The notes under the pieces: model-generated
Databases searched by the model: none
Told to the model about the DNA's origin: nothing
What the model saw: the letters and a program-made list of their open reading frames with translations, nothing else
Translations under genes and position numbers: made by a program
Shown here: positions 1-23,506 of the stretch, piece by piece
Layout: each line of letters opens with the position of its first letter
Numbering within the stretch: the first letter of the stretch is position 1
Origin: Balanoglossus misakiensis
Lineage: Eukaryota; Animalia; Hemichordata
Assembly: GCA_040954595.2 (NCBI GenBank)
Contig: CM082597.2
Location: forward strand, 1,532,886-1,596,885
DNA length: 64,000 bases
Direction: 5' to 3'

Positions 1-422
1 GGTGGGTTGACCCTAGGCTTATTCATCATCTTGACGGAAGTATGTTGTACTGTGATGAATTTTAGATGTGGAAAAACCCCAGTCTTTTATTTCTATTTTT
101 AAAATGCCCTGAAAATTCCACGGGATTTTATATATCTGTAGTATATCTGTTCGGTTTTGATTTGTTTGCGATCTCAAACATTCAAGCTTCTCCGAATTCG
201 AAAGAAAGGGATCTGGTGTTTTGTTGGGGTGCTAGTCACCTGACAGAATACGGAAAACGGCGACGTACTGGTTTGTTTTATGGGGAGCATCAGCTACAGT
301 TTCTGGCAAGCAATGTACGAGGGGTTGCTTTAGCTTTCGTGGTCTAAAAGGTTCTCTATAATTAAAGAAATAGACATTACAGGACACGTGGTAGTACATT
401 TCTACCATGTTCATTCCAATAG

Positions 423-11201
<10,779 letters not shown>

Positions 11202-11565
11202 GCAACTGGGTTTCAGATCATTTGTTTGGTTGAGACATTGACATTGAGAACCTCACCACAGCCCCCATCTGCTGTAGTCACGAGAACTCTTTCTCAGAAT
11301 TCTTTGATCAGCTTTCCAAAATCAACTGAGAATTTTCTCTGTATTTTCTGGTTAGATACATTGTACAACTGAGAATAAGTGAAACATCTTTGTCAACTCC
11401 AACCATACATCATGCCCAAGCATTCCATTGTGTGCTTTTGACATTACCAGAAGATCTGATTCTTTGTGAAAGAAGTCAAAAATACATTGTATTCCAAAGA
11501 AAGCCATGGCAACATCACTGCCATTTCACACAGTTATTTTCACAAGAGCAACTTTTATATGTAAA

Positions 11566-11593
11566 TTTATTGAGAAAGTAACTTTTTAATAAA
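11566..11593. terminator. Clustered poly(A) signals on both strands (POLR2H +, HOATZ -)
   Basis: AATAAA (+) at 11588-11593; ATTAAA (-) at 11585-11590; AATAAA (-) at 11566-11571. These are the first canonical hexamers after each stop codon. Confidence 0.55.
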
Positions 11594-12111
11594 AAAAAAG
11601 TGAACTGGAGTTTATGTGTGCGAGTGTTGATTGTAACCGTCTGGGAAACAGCTGAACAAACTTTGCTTTTCTTAAATAACATGCACTAAAGCCAATCACA
11701 GAAACACAATTCAAAATTTCAACAAAATACTGTAGTAACAACAACACCACACATGGACGGAAGTTAGATCAGTAACATGGAATAAATGTTATGGAATGAA
11801 CCCTGTCGAAACAATTCCTCTACTAAATAGGAAGAAAGATTGCATTCTAGTATTTTTTCCTGGTGATGGACACATGACATATGAAGTGACACTGCAAAAG
11901 AAAGATCAACTCAGATCAAACAGTTCCCATGGTGATGGACCACTCCATTCAATCTGCAGAGTAGGGCAGGGTACCCAAGGAGTGCAATGGTCTTTGCTTC
12001 AACATACAATATCAAAGTGGAGTGATCCACATCTCTTTCAACATAAAAAATGGCCTTAGTCTCTCTGAAGAGATTGCATTCAAAATTTAGGTTTTTTAAA
12101 GATGTCCGACA

Positions 12112-15100
12112 TCAGTCTGAGTCAACATCTGCACTGGTTGGATTAACTTTCTTCTCAAACTGGTCAATCAGTTGCATAGCGTTGGCTGCTTCCTCAAGTT
12201 CATCCTTATCATAGTCACTGAAGAAAATTAAAAAAAAAAATATAAATAAAAATAAATCTAATTTCACTCCATTTTGTCATATCTTTTACCGTAACAAAGG
12301 CATTGTCTATTCCAAGGTTAGTATGACCCTCAAAGCACCATAAAAATCTAAGACACAACAGCACCATGACTGCCCACTGGTCAAACATACTGACCAGGGG
12401 GGTCCTGACACTGAAACCACACCTAACAGACCAACACATAAACTGGAGTGACCCTCCCTTCAAGCCAACCTATTCCAACTTGATGTCCGGAGTTCCAGTT
12501 GCCAGGCACGGAAAGCCCTGGCCTTCAGAAATGCAGCCCTGCCACGTTAACTACCTGGAGAACACCGCAACAATGGGAAAACACAACTTTCTTTTTTCCT
12601 GTTTCAACTTGCCATGTTCTTTCCATCTCTATGCTTGGTTCTTGGCCCTGTGCCATCACTCAGGTTTTGTTTCTTGTACGGACAGAGTTTCGGCCTCATG
12701 AAAAGGACAACCATTGAATTTATTACCGGTAGACCTTCGGCATAGTTGAATTTATGTTGCCCGCATTGGCAGGACATCCACAACTACACATATTGCATCT
12801 CTCAAACCTCTGAATCAGTGAGAAACAGTGTGCCCTTAAAGCCCCACTGACTCAACAAACACACATTACTCACTGTAAAACAACTACAGTCTTGCCAAAA
12901 CTGGTCTCATCTGGATAACGTGAAAATGATGACGACCTCAAACTGTACTGTTCTCAAGGGCAAAGACCCTTAATTATTGTCGCATACAGCTATGTGCTTG
13001 TATGTAGGGAATTCCTACGATACGGCAATAAATTATTTGTGACGACACTGACCACAAATCGTTCAGTCACTCAATCACAGGATCAGCTTCAAGGCAAACA
13101 GAAGGGCGCGGAACAAAAAATGACAATAGGTGCCGGACAGAAGACCAGCGACGGAAACTCTACACAATAGCTTTGAGCAAGCAAGGTGCACAGTGTAAAG
13201 GTCAGCTGACCAGGAATGTGGTTTGGAAGACGTCCAAATCCCCGATCTATTGTACGGCTATTGTCGTGTTAGCGAGGGGAAAAAGCTTGAATGCGAAAAT
13301 GTGCAATTGTTCAAAGTGAGTTTGCTACCATCATGACTAAGCTTGTTCTCTTATCGATGGAAGGTTATTTGAAGTGCGTTGTCAAACAAACTAAGAATGC
13401 CGTGTATTGATAATTGGCAACCCAGTGCATGGCCAATTATTTTTATAGAATTGGCAGTTTGGCAGAGAGCAGTGTCAATCAGTACTCTTGTCTATAAATG
13501 CGTACACTGTGAGTTCACTTCTCAGTGGGAGAAAAAAAATCAACCCGATTTGAAATCTATGAGACCTACTTGAAAAACCCACAGGCTACATATCTGAGTG
13601 TACCGGTACCTGTATTTGGGCAGATTTTGACATTTTGTCCTTTGTTTGTCTTGTATGTCGAAGCCACAGAGAATTAACCTCACCACAATAAAATTACATA
13701 CCGATATTACGTAGATGTCATTCTTTAAAACAGATTCACCATTTGAAAATTCAAATGTGACACACACACACGCACACACAGAGTACACATTGTCACTCTG
13801 TCATGTGAGATTGTAAAAACAAGACATGTGGAATTCCTACCACAGGTGGCGCATGTCAGATAACGACTGAAAAGTTTAACTACATGTATTCCATTTAGCT
13901 TTTGCACCTTCGCAGTCTATGAAATAAGTGCTTCTAGTAAATGAGTACTTACTCATCATCAATATCCTTCGGTTGGCGGAGTCTGTGAGAGATGTCTTCT
14001 TTCTACAGCGAGAAAATGAGAAACAGAAACTGAGAGATGGGATAAAAAGTGGGTTCATCAAATATAAACAATCATTACATTGGATGTATGATTTCACTAG
14101 TGTGATTCACACCAGAGTCAAACCCCCATACTTAAGAGCACAATTACTACCGTTGTCATTTAAGCACCCCGAAACACTGATAAGAACTCCAATATAATTA
14201 GCCAGAGTAAACTGAGATTTTTGTACATTTGCAATGATCATTATGACTGATTACATAGCTCTGTATCAACATGTACCACAGGGGGCATCCTGCTTCAAAA
14301 CTGACACTGTGTAAAATCTCTTTACAAATGTGTACACATGTGTTTTAGACATGTTCGAAGCAGGACACCCCCAGAGTGTGTTGATACAGAACTGCTCTAA
14401 TCAGTTCTAATGATCAAAACGAACGTAACCAGATGCCGACTTCAGCATAAAAATCTCAGTTTACTCTGGCTAATTATATTGGAGTTCTTATCAGTGTTTC
14501 GGGGTGCTTAAATGACAACGGTAGTAGTTATATTCTCAACTACAGTCATCCTCTCATCTGAAATGCATCACGACAGAAGCAACTGAATCTGTTAACTGCA
14601 GTTGTATTTTCTCACCTGAATTCTCTCTTCTTTCCGTCTGTGCAACCTCATAATTGTTTCTTCTCTTTTCTGTGCCTGGAATCAAAATAGCCATCGTTTT
14701 CACATTATCTGTTACACTTAGGAGCATTCTGATGAATGCAAACATGCAGTGAGTGCTGTCTGTAAATTTTACTGGATCCTGATTTATTCATTTTACAGTT
14801 AAGGGATAACATAAGTTTGCAATGCCTCAAAGTTGGGAACACAGTGCAACATCCCCACAGATAAACTTACCTGTCTCATAAGTTTACCACTTTCCTCTAG
14901 TAAAATGCCAGAATGTGCTGTTTCTAAAAAATTTGTCAAAACTGAAAAGAAAAAGGAAAATGTTAACCCTTCAGATGAAAGTTCAGGAAAACTAAAACAG
15001 CTACCAGATAGGTTTAAAATACAGCTGAGCATTCACTATCAATGTTGGGTATCACTGGAACACTGCGTGTTTGCTGGCCCCTTTTCTCCCCTTTGCCAAA

Positions 15101-15844
15101 ACGAGGAGAAAGATTGGAAAAGAAACTTACTTTTAGGTTCTTCTATGGGTTTGTATGCTTTATTGATAACTGTAAACCAAGAAAAAATACAACACATGAC
15201 AATATGACATTACCAGAAATTCCAGTATCAACTAGTAATATTAGCTAAGTTCAATTCGGCTACGAAAATAAATATTAATCTTCCGATAACCTTGCTACGG
15301 TCAGTGTGGATAGGCAGCCCCACCACTCCCTTGACCCCCCCCCCCCCATAGCACTTGCGGAGAGGGTGTCCAGCAAGGCCTTGTTTTAACAAGGTATAGG
15401 AAAATTTGACAAGTGGTGGGCGTGGTTCAGCTGAGGGAGATGTCTCTCAAAGTCAAAGGCATACCGGTACTAGTGCTCTATACAAATACAGAACAGACGA
15501 AGAGCACGCAAAGCCCTACAAATCTACAATTGATAGCGAAGCTCCACTAATTCCAGCTGCATCAGTTGGGATACGCAACCACTAGTTGATTTGAGGGCCC
15601 AGACTGTGAACACAGGTGTTGTTTAGCTGATGTGTTGTTTACATTAATTTAGTTACATACACGTTCCTTTCGGCTTGGCAACAGGAAGTCGCTGCCTAAT
15701 ATCACCCGACACAAGTCTGGACTCGATGGGCGGTAGCAATGTTATCGACTGCCAGAATAATTTTGCGCACGCTTGGTCTTCTTTTCTCGAACCACTGAAC
15801 TCAGTCAGTTCCTCGGGCATAACTTGTGTTGTTGAAGCCGCCAT
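12112..15844 (-). CDS. HOATZ: Cilia- and flagella-associated protein HOATZ (C11orf88) ortholog; 6 coding exons, ~169 aa
   Basis: Exons 15844-15661, 15169-15131, 14941-14871, 14675-14616, 14002-13953, 12217-12112 are phase-consistent GT-AG (510 nt). N-terminal [39 protein letters not shown] and coiled-coil [25 protein letters not shown] match the conserved HOATZ blocks (FAGS..[47 protein letters not shown]). Confidence 0.88.
14145..14526. mobile_element. Foldback MITE in HOATZ intron 4 (~380 bp, ~77-bp perfect TIRs, TA ends)
   Basis: tactaccgttgtcatttaagcaccccgaaacactgataag...gagattttt (14145-14221) is the reverse complement of 14449-14526. Inner segments also pair imperfectly (tctgtatcaaca/tgttgatacaga). 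Confidence 0.85.
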
Positions 15845-15867
15845 TTTGAACGCTGTTACTAAGAAAA

Positions 15868-16084
15868 TAGTAGGTTGTTCGTTATTCCTCTACTATTAAC
15901 GGTGCAAATAAGCGCCCTCTTACAAGGAGGCAGACAATGCTTTCTTTTAGTATGGCAAATTTAAATATGGCCGCCGCATAGTAGGTTGTTCGTTATTCCT
16001 CTACTATTAGGGTTGCAAATCAGCGCCCTCTAACAAATGGGGCTAACGATGCTTTCTTTTAGTATGGCAAATAATATGGCCGCA
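15868..16084. repeat. ~110-bp tandem duplication immediately upstream of the HOATZ start codon
   Basis: tagtaggttgttcgttattcctctactatta...gcaaat.agcgccctct...tgctttcttttagtatggcaaat...aatatggccgc occurs twice (from ~15868 and ~15979). Confidence 0.85.
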
Positions 16085-16837
16085 TCTGGAAATTATTTGC
16101 ATTCACATAATCCAAAAAGTACCTCTTATAAGAAACTTGTTTCTGAAAGTTTATGACAAGTTTCTGACGAGTTTCTGATGTATGACACAAAACGACAATT
16201 ATCGATGTTCATAATATTTATTAAGACATAATGCAATGAAAAGAATTGTTTTTCACATAAGCATTGTAGTGTTCCTTGCAAATAAACTCCAATGTTGTCA
16301 CGATACAAATGTCCTTCCTATGTAGAAACAGACTGATAGATGCATGTTCACAAATTACACCACGAATCGACAGAACGGGGACCTAGCAGATACATAGACA
16401 CCAAACGTGAACCCTACTACATGTACTAGGGATACGTACACTGTGATTTATATGAACACAAGAATAAAATGACCCACTCGGATAAAAAAAAAACACTAGA
16501 CACAGCACGATGACACTGACGACACCAAGGCAACATGGGATTAACTTTTGGGAGTGGAGTAGGCCCTGGGCCAGGTTTCCGGTGTTGTAAACTGCACATA
16601 TATTGAAATGTGTCATTTAGAATACAGACAGAACGTTAATTGAATTGAATTGATCACCTGAGTGCGACTATTTGTGTGTCTGCCCGTGAAAACAACGCCT
16701 TTGAAAAACATGGTAACACCTTGATAAAATTCTTGTACATGTGAATATTCATTTTAAAAACATGAGTGAGTGAACCCATTCATTTCTGTTGGTACCACAG
16801 AAGACTGGGCGACTTATTTTTGTCTGCATGGTGTCAT

Positions 16838-19113
16838 CTACAATGGTGGGGGCACGTTGTCTTTGAACGCTTCCACTTTGAAGACATTTCCCGGTGGATC
16901 GTACTCGCACACGACGACAAACATGGTGTAGGGGCTCCCCTTCTTGTTGGCGAAAGCGCATCCTACTTTCTTGGTATCCTTCCAGACCACTTGGGTGAAA
17001 TGCCCAGTTATACCTGAAAGACAAGAGCACATAATTTGTTCTTTATACCTCATTGTATGAATACACCATTTCCCGAACTCCATGTATTTTATACACCAAG
17101 CTGAATGATGGTACCAAACAACTCAACGTGGGATGATCTTTGAACAGTACCTGTGCTATTGACCCGAGAAAAATATTTTACAAAAAATTATTTGCCAGTA
17201 TTCTCTCGACATTTTATTTTCAAAACCCACCTCCGTAGCCGTATATATCTGGACTATAGAAGCTGTAGTCTACAATTTCCTTGTACCATCTGTTAGCAAA
17301 TCCGTACCCTGCAAATATAGACACAGAAAGTGACGATGAAATCCACACATTTGTTCACAGAAATCAATATTAGTTGTTGGCGAAACATGACAATATGCCG
17401 CTAATAATTCACTGTGGAATGATACCATACTTAATCTCAAATCATTGCGTTTGATAATGTGATCTTATCCGCCAGTCATCGGGGTACAAGTCTGTCTGAA
17501 GCCACTCAAACAGGACACTAAATTCCGTCCACTGACCTGTCTGTCTGTCGGAGCTGACCAGCTGCAGCATATCGATGTTCTCGCCGTAGGGCAGATCAGA
17601 GTGAGCGAGTCCACCGGCAGCGTTTGCAGAGGCCACAGGGCGGGCCTCGCTGGCCAGCTTGTTATCCCAAGTCAGCGGAGGCACACCGTGAAGACACCGA
17701 AAGTAGTTCTGCGCTTCCAGAATCTGGTCTTCCAAATCTTTGACGCCAGTGTTCCCGATCTGGTTGGGTTTTGTGCAACCGTTTCCTTGATCCTTGCCCC
17801 ATTCTGGAAAAAGGGAACTTGATCAGCATTCGAGGAAATAAGTTGCGAGGGTTCGATTTTTGAAAGATGACAAGATGACCATGGCGTTACAGTTGAGTGC
17901 CCATGGCAATACTCGTCAAACAACGAAGCTGTATGGGTGAAGTTAGACAACTACAACGCAGATAAAACTGACTCGCACAACTAGCCAGTAACATTTACAA
18001 CGGAAACGGATCGTCCTGCTCAGAAGGAACGCACTGACCATCTATTTTTTCAGCCAACACAATCAAAAGGAGTACGCTTTGTATGCGTTTCCCCATTCAA
18101 GGCGAAAATGAAAAGCCACCTGTCGTCTAGACAGCAATGAATGCATTAGTGATAACAATGGATCACCCGAACAACACAAAGCACAATTTCTTCGCTAGCG
18201 CTGGTGTAGACACTTGTCTTGCTGCAACAATACAGTAACTGTGTCTTCTCAACAGCGACTGGCAACACTTTATGCAATCGTTTTGTTTCTTATCAACTGG
18301 ACTGATGAAAAAATGAATGGTCAGTACTAGTACTTTCCTTCAGTGCAGCTCAAACTGTGTTCATTGTAAGTTGAAAAGACAGGAGAACCGTTCACTTACC
18401 ACAGTCATCACGATCTTCGTCGCCCTTATCGTCGCAGATGGTGAAACCATCACAGATTTCATATTCAAACATGCAGTGGCCGCTGTCATCTGTACACGCC
18501 CATGGATTTGTTGGGTAGAGCATGGCACAATCCTCAAAGTAGTACACACCATCACCATCTGACGAAAATGAAGACAACAACCCATATCAAACTGAGGATA
18601 GTTATAATAGGACAAGCAATGTTCACGTCTACTCTCAGAAGATACATGTACAAATTTGCCAGCACACGGCGATTGGAGTATCCATCCATCATAACCTGTT
18701 AAAATTCCACGTACTATAGTTCACAATTATCATATATCAAAATAGTACGTTTTGCATGGTATAGACATTAATGGTTTCCTACCTCGTCGTTTCATGCCAT
18801 CAGGTGCATGTTTTAAATCCTGCAAAAGAAAAAGATTGGACATATGGCACATTAAATGTGTTCTAACTCCAAATGTCCGCTAGGAGACTTGTGTGATGTA
18901 AAGTTAATATATGTACAAACTAATATATCACCCAGCTCCAAAATTAATATTTTCATTTTGTAACGTTACTTGTTAGAATTATTGAAAAGAGACTGAAAAA
19001 AATTATGATGATAAATTTGCCACACAGTTGCATATATTCCTTACCTGTGTACTTGCTAACGTAAACCAAGTGATGACAAGAATGGCCAGCGAGATACGGG
19101 TGCCTTTCGCCAT
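16838..19113 (-). CDS. Secreted LDLa + CAP (SCP/GAPR-1-like) domain protein, paralog A; 6 exons, ~261 aa
   Basis: Exons 19113-19045 (signal peptide MAKGTRISLAILVITWFTLASTQ), 18819-18783 (..KRR), 18558-18400 (LDLa: CTDDSGHCMFEYEICDGFTICDDKGDEDRDDC), 17803-17537, 17308-17231, 17013-16838; 786 nt in frame. CAP motifs [47 protein letters not shown]. Confidence 0.88.
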
Positions 19114-19190
19114 GTTTGCTCAGCGCCAACTAGCTAGTCAACTGTGTTGCCCCTTCTCCTAAAAATGAAACTAAAACACTTTGTGTGCAT

Positions 19191-19197
19191 TTTTATA
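19191..19197 (-). promoter_or_regulatory. TATA box of LDLa-CAP paralog A
   Basis: TATAAAA on the minus strand ~80 bp upstream of the ATG; paralog B has one at a similar distance. Confidence 0.5.
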
Positions 19198-20519
19198 GTC
19201 TGATCCTGGAGGCCATTATGATGCGATTGGTCATTGATTGAAAATTAGATCAGGAATGTGGGAAGCCAAATTCGTACATAATTATAACTTCGTGATGGTA
19301 TTTCTGCAATTGAATTTCAATTAATAGTGACAAGTCATGAATTCCGGGTTAAATTGACAGGATATGCTATCAGAAGTATTGTAAAGAATTACATTTGGAG
19401 GACATACTAAATGATGGACAGTTGGCAATTTCAAACACGTGTAGTTTTGATACCTAGACGGTAAACAACCACCCCTTGTCAAAACATCGAATTTGGGTTC
19501 GAAGTTATATACATTTTCTAATTGGAAATTGTATATCTTGAACAAACTGAGCTTCAAAACCATGCAACTTAAACCACAGATTGCCTTTGTAAATTGTTAT
19601 ACTATTTGTCGGTATCATCATAGGTCACTAACCTTCTTTTTGCACATTTTTAAAGTAATAGGAAAATTCCTTAAAGCAATAACAGTTAATTATATATAGA
19701 ATTTATATTTTTATTTTAAGTATTTAAGCGAAGATGAGTTAATCTTTTACAAGGTCGGTCCACACACCGTAACGATGTCATTCTCATTTTAATTGGTGCA
19801 TAATTGTGAAGAATGGTCATTATCATCATTGCCACTGTCATTCACCTTGTGATGAATAAACTGTCACTTTTTCGTCTTATGCTGCAAGCTATGTTCCTGG
19901 CACTTTTGAAGTGTCGAGGAGGAAAGATTTGAAAACATGTATTGGAAACACTACGAGAAAGGAACGCCCTTCTGATACTCATTTTTGAGAACCGAAATTG
20001 CAAAACCACCGATCAAAGACCTGAAGAAGCTCCTTACATCCAGTTGGCCTATAGGTTATAATGTAAGTGCCAGTGAGATACATATAGTTCGGTAATTCTT
20101 GTCTTCAAACATTGAGTTTCCTTATACGTATATTATTGCTGATTGGTACACAGGAAGTTAGTTGTTTTGTCTTGCTTATTTATAAGTGTTCCGAGCCAAC
20201 AACTTTGGCATTTGGCTATTGATTTTAGTTTGTTAGTTTTTCTTTAAGGGCAAACTAACCACACTGCATACACTACCAACACAAATGACTACTGAACAAG
20301 AAGTCAAATTCATTGAACGATGTTTCTTTTATTGTATTCTGAAAGACACTGATACACTGAATTCTATCATAGCAATAAATTCACAAGCATCCGCTACATT
20401 GAGTAAGTAACAAAGTCAGGATTTTCACATATCTTTGTGCAGCAGGCTAAGCCTAATTTGGGATTATAATTCACATAACGACATAAAACTCAGACTGTCG
20501 TAAGAAAATAAGAAGGATT

Positions 20520-23506
20520 CTAAATAGGCGAGGGTACATTGTCAGCCATTTTATCCATCCAGTTTCCTTGGGGTTCGTAGTTGCAGACAACATAGAAGGC
20601 AGTAAATGCACCAGCTGGTGCAGACGCTATGTCACAGCCCACTTTCTCTGAGCCTTTCCAGACGACCTGAGTGAAATGCCCTGCAACAGAAATAGAAGAT
20701 TGCAATGAATTATTAGTACATGTCAGTCCCAACCACATATATCTTTTCACCTAAGTTGTTTTGTATGAATGATGTTGTTTTCTGTCTTGTCAATATAAAA
20801 AAGTACACTAGTAATTATCTTTGCACAAATAATTATCTCAACAACTTTTTCTAATGTCTTACCGGTGCTGAAGTCAAAGCTGGGATATCCGAAGTTATAC
20901 ATCTCAATCTCATCATACCACATCTTTACAAATCCATAACCTAGAAAATTTAGTAAAAATAAACAATCATTATAAAATGAAGTGTATACAGACAACAAGG
21001 CAACGAGAGTATATTTCCCTGTTTTTATGAGAGAGAGAGACAGAAGACAGAGAGAGAGACATATGTATGTGGAGAGTGGTTTTGGGATTTTGTTCATTGT
21101 GGTATCCTTGCTCGAAATGTGATGTGTCACTCAACCATGTGCCTCACCTGTGACCATTTCCTGTTTCTGTGTTTGCATCATTGCAATGTTTTCGCCGTAA
21201 TCACTGTCAGAGTGATGGATGTAACCACGAGCAGCATTGTCACTTGCAACCCCACTGCAAGAGAGAAAAAAATCATCCATCCATTATACAGTCAAATGAC
21301 AATGTAATAAGTTGCATGAGATAATGACATTATGAAGAAAATGATAGATTCTTTAAGTTTGAAATAATTACACTCCTGTCCACTTGTCATATCTGTATAA
21401 AAGTATTAACTAGGAACAATCTGTCTTATTGAGAGAGAAAAAATGCATGTTAGAGTTTCCATAATGACTATCAGAAGGATAAAATTTTTGAGAGGTCGAG
21501 TATGGTTCACTTAAATGCAAATACTGATATGTAATGATAGTTTTACAATAATCCCGAGCACTGTAATTGTGACCGATGTCTTTGTTCCTAATAACTTAAT
21601 TGTCGTTGCATTTTTGACATATTTCTGAAAGGTTTGCATCGATCATTCGCAACTGTCTCTCTGAGAGGTTAATTTGATTGGTTGCACATGATCATATGTG
21701 GGCAAATTTATTTAGTTTTCTTGACAGAGAGATGTAGTATTTTAAATGTATCCATGCCTTGCAAAATTTGCCAACTTTGTATCCCATGTCAGTGGCTTGA
21801 CGCCATGCAGGCATCGGAAATAGTTGTGCGCCTCCACGAGTTGGTCCATGATTTCCTGTTTTCCATTGTTGCCAAGTTGCCTTGGTTTTGTGCAGCCATT
21901 AGAGTCAGATTCGCCATAACCTAGAGTCAACAGAATACGATAATTGCATTCGTAAACATCATTACAATTTCTGCAACAGATCGAATTTTTTTCTTTCTGT
22001 TCTGACAAAGGTCGATTATCTCCTTACCGCATCCCCTTTCATCACTGGCGTCATCACATTGCACAAATCCACTGCAGAGATCAGCTTTGCGCATACAGAT
22101 GCCACTGCCATCGACACAACCATAGGGAGAATCTGGGAACCAGTTGCACATGTCACTTCTAGATGCTTGTGGTCCTGTAATTGGACAAAGAGGGGAAATG
22201 GTTGTGTTTCATTAACTATATGTATACATGTTGTTTGTTACTATCATGAAACATAGGCCTAATCGAACTTGAATTAGCAAGGTGAATTTTATAATTTAGT
22301 TACCTTCATCCTGGGGCGCCTGTCCACCACCACCGCCACCTGTCAATGATGAAGTCAGAAGGAGAAAATGTTAGAACAAAAAATTGCATAATATGGCCGT
22401 AAGACCAAATTCATCCCAACAAATATACACTTGCAAGGAAATGCGATGAATGAATTAGAATTTCTTCCATGTTGGTTTTGAAGTATGAAGACTCTTCATA
22501 CTTCGAAACCGCTGTCACCATGGAGGAAATTTTACGACATCTTCTCCGGCGCACGCATGCGCTGACAACGTACCACCGTCACACCCCACTTCATCACTAC
22601 CATCTGCACAAATTGGATTGCCATCGCACACGTGCTTCTCCTTGATACAGGAAGTCAAATCAGCGCATGCGTACGAGTATTTCCCGTCGTACGTTTCATC
22701 GCACCAGGGATGGTACTCGGCTGGTTTGGGCGATCCTGGATTAAAAATCGAAACCATTACTTTCACCCATGTCCTTCAGTCCTCCAAACCAACCAAACAG
22801 AACTACAAACTACTGGCGGACATATCTATGCGCATGGGCAGACTTACCGCCGCCTCCACCACAGCCTTGTTCGTCACTTCCGTCTCCGCACTGTTCCTTT
22901 CCATCACACAGGTTTTTCTCTTTGATGCACGTGCTCAAATCTGCACAAGCATGGGTGTATTTTCCGTTGTACGTGTCATCACACCAAGAGTTATACTCGG
23001 CCCCTAAAGAAAAGCAACAGAAAATGAGAAAATGAACATACACATACATTTTCAGTGTATTAAATTTTGTCTTGCTTGAATACAGTTTATCAAATTCGAT
23101 TTTATCAATGTAAACATTCTTTATGTGTTGCATAGAAAATACTCTAGTCTCTTAGGAGAAACTTGCCTCTCTTATTTATTTCCCTTGTCTTTGGACCAGG
23201 CTGAAAATATAACAAAATTAAGAGAATAACTATTATGAAAATGATTTGGTTTTTTAAAAGTTAACCAGATGGTGTTGAATTGATATAAGCTTATCAATAG
23301 TTGCTGCCGAGCTTACTTGAAGGCCAGCACAAAACACTGACATTCAGTTCTGATATGTTCTGTTTCAGCTCACTAGCTTTCAGTAAAAAGCGTTGTGTTC
23401 GTGGAATTAAAAGACTCTTCCTTACCTGCTTATCATTCTGAGGGAAAGCATCATTTAGGGCGACGAACAGTAAAAATACTGCCACAGTTACAAGGCGGAA
23501 AGTCAT
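20520..23506 (-). CDS. Secreted 3xLDLa + CAP domain protein, paralog B; 10 exons, ~374 aa
   Basis: Exons 23506-23426 (signal peptide [22 protein letters not shown]), 23200-23167, 23003-22848 (LDLa1), 22735-22574 (LDLa2), 22339-22304 (Gly linker), 22174-22028 (LDLa3), 21920-21758, 21254-21148, 20940-20863, 20680-20520; 1125 nt in frame. CAP motifs [47 protein letters not shown]. The model needs two GC donors. Confidence 0.85.

Noticed and set aside
232-347. First exon of a divergent gene upstream of POLR2H (minus-strand CAG|GTGACT at ~240)
   Set aside because: Only a donor-like site; no recognisable coding sequence within the window to support it.
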